Source of the DNA: Prochloraceae cyanobacterium
Lineage (GTDB): Bacteria > Cyanobacteriota > Cyanobacteriia > Cyanobacteriales > JASJDA01
Assembly (NCBI GenBank): GCA_030065755.1
Contig: JASJDA010000002.1
Location: 27,122-91,121, forward strand
DNA: 64,000 bases
Direction of reading: 5' to 3'
Numbering within the stretch: position 1 is the stretch's first letter; each line of letters starts with the position of its first letter. The notes below the pieces were generated by a model. The model worked only from the letters and a program-made list of their open reading frames with translations, was not told where the DNA came from and did not search any database. Shown one piece after another: positions 1 through 7,323 of the stretch. A program made the translations under genes and the position numbers.

Positions 1-2648
1 CCTGTCAGGGTTTTGAGTTCTTCGCCTGTTTCTAAATTCCAAAGTTTAATAGTTTTATCAGCACTGCCGGAAGCAAAGAGTTTTTCTTTAGGGCTAAAAC
101 TGACACTCCAAACTGCTCCCTGATGTCCATGCCAAACCCTTTGTCGATCCCCCTGCTGATTCCATAGGCGGATCGCACCATCATTAGAACTGGTAAGCAA
201 ATATTTTCCATCAGGACTGAACTTAACGCACCAAACAGGAACTTGCTCGGCTGAAAATTGAGCTAGCTCTTTACCTTCTAAGTTCCACAGATGAATACTC
301 CCGCCAGTGGAGGCAGTAGCAAGATATTGACCGTTAGGGCTGAAATCGACACTCCTAAGTGCACTTTGTGGATGCTCTGGAAATTTTACTTTTTGATGAC
401 CTTGAAGATCCCATAAACAAACAGTTCCGTCGTCTGATGCAGTCGTAAAAAACTTTCCGTCGGGGCTAAAGTTCAATCCCCAGATCCAGTTGTGATGTCC
501 CTTGCAGATAATTGATAATTTGTCCTGCAAGTCCCACAAGCGAGCTGTACTGTCTTGGGACCCACTGGCAAGGAATTTACCATCGGGGCTGAAAGCAAGG
601 CTACAGACGGCCCCTTGATGACCTTCTAATTTGCCTGTCTCTTGAATTTTGTCCATGATTTGCTGGAGGACATTCCTTAGAGGATCTGTAGGGTAATCCT
701 GCGGCAGCAAATCGTCCGTAATATAGTTTTTTAGCTTTTCTCCAGCCCATACAATCCTCTCTAATCCATCTAATTGCGAAATATCGAGGAATTCTTGCCA
801 TGCTTGGGTATCTACCTGACTCAAATTTTGTATAGCTTCAAGTTTGTTACGATTTCTGTTTTTCCAGTAGTCATTGTGCCACTCTAGAATGACCGGAGCG
901 AGTAGATCGTGAAAGATTTCATAGCATAAGAGGTTGGGATTGTCCTTAGAGATAACCGGATTTAGGAGACGTTGTTTGACCATTTCTTCTAGCACAGGTC
1001 GGAGTTCTTTTTCCTCAATCTCTGCTCGCACGGCTAAATCCTCAAAGGGATAGGCAATTTTAGTGCCTCTAGGAGTTACTAAATAGTTAACAAATTTAGC
1101 GACCACGTTTACCCATTTAGGATTGGCATTTTTAGATAGCTCTTCCATTTTTTCCTTGAAGTAGTTCTTGAGAACTGCTTTTGCCCCTCCCAATTTCTCT
1201 AATGTTTCCAAACGCAGTTGGCGGGATTTTTTGTTCATTTCTACTTCCCACAAGCGTTGCATCAGCACTTGCAGGTAAGAAGATTGAAATGTTCTCGGCT
1301 TAGATAAAGTTATTGTCTCCTCATCCCTACTCCCATGTCTATTCTGATGCCAGGTTTCGAGGGCAATTTCTTCTAGGATGCGCTCGACTAGTGCTGGCTC
1401 GATACCAATTTTTCGCTCCTGAGGTTGGCGATTGTAGACCTTATAGATAGGATTGAGGATCGCGTCGCAGGCGGACTGCTCGTCGAGAGGCTCAAGCTCT
1501 AATCGGTTATCTAGGATGTTAGGGATCGCAACTTTAAAGCGATCGAGTTTAGCTATCCAATCCTCGCGTATCGAGATGAGGAAATTAACCCCTAGTCCAA
1601 GACAGTTAACTGCCTTGGGAAACTCTATCTCGAACGTTCCTTCTGCCTCTTCTGGTTGGGCATGGTACAGGAAATACTCCTCAAACTGATCCAAAATGAT
1701 AAACAGTGTCCCGTCTTCTCCTTCTTCACCGAGGAACTTTGTACACACCTGTCTCCAGATGCGATGCAGAATGATACGCAAATTCCAGAAGCTAGGGCTA
1801 TATCCTAGAAACCAGAGTTTGCGGTCAGAGCTTCGAAGTTGACCAAAAAGGTTGGCGGAAAGTAGCTTGTCAATATTTTTATTGGTTAAGTAATCAATAA
1901 AATCGTCTTCGGCAACAGTAAATTTTTCTTCACCTTGAACACTTTTAACTCCCCCATAAAGTTTGACGATCACTGGACGCTCTTGGGGTAAATTCTTTTC
2001 ATACTCCTTGGGATCGACAATAGGAGTAATTTGACCTTCGGCAAAAGACATATACTCGAATTTACCCCCCTCTTCATTGCCAATAAACGCTACTAGATAG
2101 AAAGGTTGTTGCGCGTCTATAAATGCCTGTTCCAGAACACTGTCCAAACAGGTGGTCACTATTAGGGGATAAGGAGGAGCATAGCGCTTTTTCCGCAGAA
2201 TGCTAGGCAGTTTTGCCAAGAATTTGTGAACTGAGTTGGGTTGATAAGACGATGGTAGTTTTACAATGTCTTCAAGCATTAGCTCAAGGGTACCTGGAGC
2301 AGATATAGCCAGGTATTGGGAGACCTCGGTGAGAGCTATCCTCGTAATAGCATCTCTGTTTATGGGACATTCTGAGGGCAAATCTTGTACTGCTTCAGAG
2401 CATAGAGGACAAGTAATATGCTCAATATAGCGATGTTCTGATTTCTTCGCTAAGTAAACAGCCAGCTCAAAACGACTGGGAGGATAGTTACCCTCTTTCC
2501 AGTCAACAGGTTGTCCATTAGGTTTTCTTGGACGACCACAAAGGTTAACATCTGAACTAAGAACGGGAACGATCGTTCCTTGCGTAATAGCGTCAACTAC
2601 TAACTTGTAGTGTCCTCTATCGACAGAGTGAGCAGGATCGGAAATCAT
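1..2648 (-). CDS. SIR2-like domain / STAND-like helical region / WD40-repeat protein (partial; C-terminus lies beyond position 1)
   Basis: Absent from the ORF track because no stop codon lies in the window. Manual minus-strand translation from ATG ~2648 (GAGGAGG 8 nt upstream) stays open to position 1. N-terminus: MISDPAHSVDRGHYKLVVDAITQGTIVPVLSSDVNLCG, PLIVTTCLDSVLEQAF, VIVKLYGGV, LWFLGYSPSFWNLRIIL (SIR2_2/ThsA-like layout). Then LFIILDQFEEYF (Walker-B-like). The last ~200 aa are WD40 blades (GHQGAVCSLAFSPDGKFLASGSQDSTARLWDL ... ASGSADKTIKLWNLETGEELKTLTG). Confidence 0.75.
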   Translation of the reverse strand, partial: MISDPAHSVDRGHYKLVVDAITQGTIVPVLSSDVNLCGRPRKPNGQPVDWKEGNYPPSRFELAVYLAKKSEHRYIEHITCPLCSEAVQDLPSECPINRDAITRIALTEVSQYLAISAPGTLELMLEDIVKLPSSYQPNSVHKFLAKLPSILRKKRYAPPYPLIVTTCLDSVLEQAFIDAQQPFYLVAFIGNEEGGKFEYMSFAEGQITPIVDPKEYEKNLPQERPVIVKLYGGVKSVQGEEKFTVAEDDFIDYLTNKNIDKLLSANLFGQLRSSDRKLWFLGYSPSFWNLRIILHRIWRQVCTKFLGEEGEDGTLFIILDQFEEYFLYHAQPEEAEGTFEIEFPKAVNCLGLGVNFLISIREDWIAKLDRFKVAIPNILDNRLELEPLDEQSACDAILNPIYKVYNRQPQERKIGIEPALVERILEEIALETWHQNRHGSRDEETITLSKPRTFQSSYLQVLMQRLWEVEMNKKSRQLRLETLEKLGGAKAVLKNYFKEKMEELSKNANPKWVNVVAKFVNYLVTPRGTKIAYPFEDLAVRAEIEEKELRPVLEEMVKQRLLNPVISKDNPNLLCYEIFHDLLAPVILEWHNDYWKNRNRNKLEAIQNLSQVDTQAWQEFLDISQLDGLERIVWAGEKLKNYITDDLLPQDYPTDPLRNVLQQIMDKIQETGKLEGHQGAVCSLAFSPDGKFLASGSQDSTARLWDLQDKLSIICKGHHNWIWGLNFSPDGKFFTTASDDGTVCLWDLQGHQKVKFPEHPQSALRSVDFSPNGQYLATASTGGSIHLWNLEGKELAQFSAEQVPVWCVKFSPDGKYLLTSSNDGAIRLWNQQGDRQRVWHGHQGAVWSVSFSPKEKLFASGSADKTIKLWNLETGEELKTLT

Positions 2649-3084
2649 CTTAACTTACCTCCTCAAGCTAATTTCTCGCTATCCAAAAGGCATTTTGACG
2701 AAATACACTTGGGCCTAACAACACTTTGCAGAAGTAGAATTACCGCTTTTGAGGTTAAAATTATTGGCACCAAACAGTGACTAAGCAAGAAATTGTATCT
2801 TCACAGTTTGGTCGAACACCTCACAGCAGAGCATTCTGGTAAAAGTTACCTCGTCTTGATAGAGATAATTTTGAGGGGTTTTTCAGACAGTTTTCTGCTT
2901 AATTCCTTAAGATTTCCAACTTGCTCCCATAGATCGAGATTGCTTTCACCCTGCTCAGCAATTGGACTGAGCCAAAAATGTCATTCCAACTTTCTAACTT
3001 TCCTACCTTAATTGTATTAAGGGATGAAGATTTAACCATAATTAGGATGGGTCAAAATTAATATTTCTTTGCAGAGAGTCAAGA

Positions 3085-4260
3085 TTAACGCTTCTTAAGA
3101 CGTAAAGAAACATGAATAATATTTTTCAAGGAAGCAGAAATATCTGAATGTTCCCCTTCAGATATTACCTTAAAAATAGACAAAGACCCAGGATAGAAAA
3201 TGGGGCATACTTGGTCTGTAAACAGACAGGAAAAAATTGCTAGTTCTTCAAGTAAATATTTACGGCACATTTCTCCATAAAAATTGAAGGAATTGTTCTG
3301 CTCATTTAGGTGAATGTGGCGATTGACAAACTCCCTAGAAAATGATTGAATTGATTTGGCAAATCTTTCATTTTTGGCAAACAAATCTTGTAATTGTTCG
3401 TAGTAATTTTCATATTCTTTCAATTGTTTGACTTCAGAGCAATAGACAAACTGAAAATTACAGGCATCGGCATGGCATCGAAAGACAGTCATTTCAGTAT
3501 TGATATACTCTTTACCCATTAAAATTGCCTGAGTTAGTGCTTGTTTTTCGTTTAGTCCCCGATCGATTTGCAGAGTAATCCGATGTAAGCTATCCCCCAC
3601 CAGGACGATACACTTTTGAAAACGATTCGCTATCCAATCCGCGATCGCCACTAATTTGGCAGTTGAAAAGTTAGGATTTTGCAAACTGATTCCCAAGAAA
3701 CAACTATTGTAATTTTCTAGATGCTGTCGAGCATTTGAGGGAGAAACCTTGTCGATCAATACTCGATATCTTGACTTTGTGGGGATTGTTCTTTTCTCAT
3801 TAACCTTTAATAATCTCCGAAAATCGGCCCACTCCATTGTTAATAAATTTCTATAAGAATCCAGATATAACTTTATCTCTCGATTGTCTTCCAAATCCCT
3901 GGCTAATAGGACATCTACACCATAAATCTCTCCCATCGGCAGAATTGTACCTAATTCACAATCGGGAAAGAATTTCTCAACTTCTGATGAGTCAAGCAAT
4001 CTAACTTGTCGTGTCCCTAAATCTTGTCGTAGGGACTCAATATCGATGGTTAGACTAGCAGGCAAAACAGCCATCACTATTTGAGAATTGTCAATTTCTA
4101 GAAATACCGCTTCTACTAACTCCATCCCTAACATATTTTTATAGTTTTCCAACTCTTGGAGAGTATGGGCAGGTGAATAGCTAGTAACTATGTATTTCAC
4201 CTTATGGCTGTCTAGAAGTTCTTGAAGTCTTGGCATTTGCATAGGACAGAAAAGAAGCAC
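3085..4260 (-). CDS. YbaK/ProX-type tRNA-editing domain fused to a cyclodipeptide synthase (CDPS)
   Basis: ORF track, 391 aa. N-terminal ~150 aa carry a tRNA_edit-like signature (VMAVLPASLTIDIESLRQDLG ... FFPDCELGTILPMGEIYGVDVLL). C-terminal ~225 aa carry CDPS landmarks: CFLGISLQNPNFS (cf. AlbC LIGISAGNSYFS), RKYLLEELAIF (cf. AlbC NYVLAEAPLF), PIFYPGS (cf. AlbC LCYHID). The true start may be Met7/Met9 (~4242/4236). Confidence 0.8.
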   Translation of the reverse strand: MLLFCPMQMPRLQELLDSHKVKYIVTSYSPAHTLQELENYKNMLGMELVEAVFLEIDNSQIVMAVLPASLTIDIESLRQDLGTRQVRLLDSSEVEKFFPDCELGTILPMGEIYGVDVLLARDLEDNREIKLYLDSYRNLLTMEWADFRRLLKVNEKRTIPTKSRYRVLIDKVSPSNARQHLENYNSCFLGISLQNPNFSTAKLVAIADWIANRFQKCIVLVGDSLHRITLQIDRGLNEKQALTQAILMGKEYINTEMTVFRCHADACNFQFVYCSEVKQLKEYENYYEQLQDLFAKNERFAKSIQSFSREFVNRHIHLNEQNNSFNFYGEMCRKYLLEELAIFSCLFTDQVCPIFYPGSLSIFKVISEGEHSDISASLKNIIHVSLRLKKR

Positions 4261-4786
4261 TGTTATATACTATGAAGATAAAACTAACTCCCAAAGAGCG
4301 CGGGTGTGTCATTGAATAATATAGTCTATCTCTTGACAAAAGTTAGAATCAAATAAATTAATCCATAGTGCATGATTTAAATTAGTTTGATTTGTACAAT
4401 AACCAAGAGTTTTCTGATGTAGATATCAAATTATTTGTCTTGAAGTGAGATTAAATCTTTCAATATAAGACCTATTGTGAGTACCAGATGCAAAATCTTT
4501 TTCCGTTCCTTTTATCCAGAATTTTGCTACAGTTGTAAGCTTTCTTTTAAACCTTTTCTTTACTATTTGTAGGTATACATAATTGATAGATTGCATATTT
4601 CTCGATCGCTTACAAAGAGGAAAATCCGATCTATCTTAGCAAACCCTTATCCTATATAAACTTCTTTCATGTAATGCTCTTACATATTTTTTTTGTCCCT
4701 CGCCCTCTCAACTGTATTAGTTTGTAGGGACTACCGCCATTCAAACTCGTTAACCCAACGAAACTTTAAATGAGGAAATTAAAACC

Positions 4787-5923
4787 ATGAGTAACTTAGA
4801 AGCCTTAACTAAACCCAAAACCTCTCAACCCAAACTTCTGGCCCTCGATGGTGGCGGTATTCGCGGTATTATCACCGTGGAAGTTTTAGCTGAAATAGAA
4901 AAAATCCTGCAAAAAGATCTGGGGCAAGATGACAGTTTTGTCTTAGCCGATTACTTTGACTATATTGCTGGCACTAGTACGGGAGCCTTTATTGCTGCTT
5001 GTTTATCTTGGGGAATGGGTGTAAATGAGATCCGCAAGTTTTACATTTATAGTGGCAAACGGATGTTTGATAAAGCTAGCATATTCAAAGCATTAAAATA
5101 CAAATATAAAGATAAACAACTGACAAAGCAACTTAAATCGATATTTGGAGAGGAAACTCTTGGAAGCGAACGACTTAAAACATTACTGATGATGGTACTG
5201 AGAAATGCCACTACAGATTCTCCTTGGCCCATTTCAAATAACCCTCATGCTAAATATAACCAGCGTAGTCAAGAAGAAGGTGGTAACCTGTATTTCCCTT
5301 TGTGGCAACTTGTGCGTGCCAGCACCGCAGCTCCTACTTTTTTCTCTCCTGAAGTAATTGATATTAATGATGGAGAACCTTTTGTATTTGTCGACGGTGG
5401 CGTTACTTCTTTCAACAACCCTGCTTTTCAACTATTTTTGATGGCAACGACTGAACCCTACCACCTAAATTGGGATGTAGGTGAAGAGAAAATGCTTTTA
5501 GTTTCTGTCGGCACAGGTATGACTCCTGAGGCCAACAAAAATCTTGAGCCAGATGAAATGAATTTAATTTACAACGTTAAATCTGTTCCTGCTGCTTTAA
5601 TGTATGCTTCTCAAGTTCAGCAAGATTTCCTTTGCCGAGTGTTTGGTAAATGTCTTGCTGGAGATCCTATCGATCGCGAAATTGGGGACATGATCGGCAA
5701 AAAAGCACCAGGAAATTCAAAGCTATTTACTTATGTTCGTTATAATGCTGAACTGTCTCGGGCTGGATTAGATGAGTTGGGTTTAAAAGATATTCAAGAA
5801 AAAAAAGTCCAAGCCATGGATTCGGTGGAACATATCGACCAACTCCAGAAAGTTGGAAGAGCGATCGCAGACCAAAAAGTCAAAGAGGATCACTTTAAAG
5901 GTTTTCTAGTAAGACATAAATAA
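4787..5923 (+). CDS. patatin-like phospholipase
   Basis: LALDGGGIRG (oxyanion hole), AGTSTGAF (GXSXG nucleophile) and FVFVDGGV (Asp-Gly-Gly) occur in canonical order. 378 aa. Confidence 0.85.
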   Translation: MSNLEALTKPKTSQPKLLALDGGGIRGIITVEVLAEIEKILQKDLGQDDSFVLADYFDYIAGTSTGAFIAACLSWGMGVNEIRKFYIYSGKRMFDKASIFKALKYKYKDKQLTKQLKSIFGEETLGSERLKTLLMMVLRNATTDSPWPISNNPHAKYNQRSQEEGGNLYFPLWQLVRASTAAPTFFSPEVIDINDGEPFVFVDGGVTSFNNPAFQLFLMATTEPYHLNWDVGEEKMLLVSVGTGMTPEANKNLEPDEMNLIYNVKSVPAALMYASQVQQDFLCRVFGKCLAGDPIDREIGDMIGKKAPGNSKLFTYVRYNAELSRAGLDELGLKDIQEKKVQAMDSVEHIDQLQKVGRAIADQKVKEDHFKGFLVRHK

Positions 5924-6062
5924 TACCAATTTGAAAAAGTAACTAAAGACCTAGTTTATCCGTTACACTACGCCCGACTGGGACAAGCTTAAGGGCATCA
6001 TAAAGGTAAAGACCACGCAACAATTATCGAACTGTTGAGCCAGTTGTTGCCATAACAGCAAT

Positions 6063-6764
6063 CTATTTTACACTCCCAGCCAACTTATTTAGTAGTGCTT
6101 CAAATAGCCTCATACCATCTGTGTTTCCCAGTATTGGGTCTGAAGCTCTTTCTGGATGAGGCATCATACCTAAAACATTGCCTGTTTTATTAGTAATTCC
6201 AGCAATATTATTGAGAGAGCCATTGGGGTTAGCTCGAGCGCTAATTTCACCAGCAGAGCTACAATAGCGAAATGCTACTTGACCCTCGTCCTCTAAAGCT
6301 TTGAGAGTATCGCTATCGGCGTAGTAACGACCCTCTCCGTGAGCTATGGGTAAAGTAATTATCTCTCCTTTAGAATAAGATTTAGTCCAAAGTAGATCGC
6401 TTGTTTCTATTTTTAGCGGAACGCGATCGCAAATAAAATGCAAACCAGAATTGCGAATTAACGATCCAGGTAATAGTCCTACTTCTGTTAGCACTTGGAA
6501 ACCGTTACAAATACCTAGAAGGTATTTTCCTGCTTTTGCGTGTTCGACAACACTTTTGATTATGGGAGAAAAACGAGCGATCGCGCCACATCTGAGATAA
6601 TCTCCGTAGCTAAACCCGCCAGGAAGAATTATTACATCTACATCCCCTATATCTGTTTCTTGATGCCAAATCATGCGAGTGGGTTGTTGGAGTAATCCAC
6701 CTGTTACTAGGGCTACATCTCGATCGCAGTTTGACCCAGGAAAAACAATAATTCCAAATTTCAT
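6063..6764 (-). CDS. purQ: phosphoribosylformylglycinamidine synthase subunit PurQ (glutaminase)
   Basis: [16 protein letters not shown]..., [25 protein letters not shown] (catalytic Cys), MMPHPER. 233 aa, directly downstream of purS. Confidence 0.9.
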   Translation of the reverse strand: MKFGIIVFPGSNCDRDVALVTGGLLQQPTRMIWHQETDIGDVDVIILPGGFSYGDYLRCGAIARFSPIIKSVVEHAKAGKYLLGICNGFQVLTEVGLLPGSLIRNSGLHFICDRVPLKIETSDLLWTKSYSKGEIITLPIAHGEGRYYADSDTLKALEDEGQVAFRYCSSAGEISARANPNGSLNNIAGITNKTGNVLGMMPHPERASDPILGNTDGMRLFEALLNKLAGSVK

Positions 6765-6770
6765 ATCACA

Positions 6771-7031
6771 TTACGATAATTTTGTCAACTCAAAGCAATA
6801 ATTTTCAATAACTGGATTTGCCAAAAGTCGATCGCACATTTGATGTAGCTTTTCTTTGGCGTTTGCTTCATCTGTCGCCGTGAGTCTCATTTCGATATAT
6901 TTACCAATTCTTACTTCTTCTACTTCTGGATAACCTAATTGCTTGAGTCCAGATTCTACGGCGACTCCAGCAGGATCTAGTACTGAAGGTCGGAGAGTGA
7001 CGTAAATACGAGAGTGATATTTTTCAGACAT
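6771..7031 (-). CDS. purS: phosphoribosylformylglycinamidine synthase subunit PurS
   Basis: 86 aa. Sequence VTLRPSVLDPAGVAVESGLKQLGY...ANPVIENYCFEL is typical of PurS, and it lies 6 nt upstream of purQ. Confidence 0.85.
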   Translation of the reverse strand: MSEKYHSRIYVTLRPSVLDPAGVAVESGLKQLGYPEVEEVRIGKYIEMRLTATDEANAKEKLHQMCDRLLANPVIENYCFELTKLS

Positions 7032-7130
7032 TCGATTTTGGCTAATTAATCGCGAGCCTATTCGATTTTAAACCTTTACTAGTTAAATTAACACTAGATT
7101 TCGTAGCAATTGGCTTAAAGAGATTGGTTA

Positions 7131-7298
7131 AAAGGGAACAGGGAATAGGGAACGGTCAACAGTAAAATTGATTGATATTTTCACGCACTTTTTTCTGTTC
7201 CTTCCAGCTATCCGAATTTAAAACTCCTACCTCTAAAGGTAGTCCCCAATCAGTTGGAGTTTAAATAATCCCCGCGATCGTCCCCGTTGCCCTTTTCC
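7131..7298. repeat. diverged member of the hairpin-core repeat family with GGGAACN heptamer arms
   Basis: Left arm gggaacagggaatagggaacgg and right arm cgtccccgttgcccttttcc are inverted. The core aaaactcctacctctaaaggtag...gtttaaat resembles the core of the 154-bp element at 9441 and 27565. Confidence 0.5.
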
Positions 7299-7323
7299 AG
7301 ACAATTGCTGCCTTGTTTATCGC

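Noticed and set aside
601-1689. ORF-track entries 601..801 (-) and 1453..1689 (+)
   Set aside because: Both fall inside the long SIR2-WD40 reading frame, in other frames or on the other strand. They are Arg/Ser-rich nonsense with no motifs.
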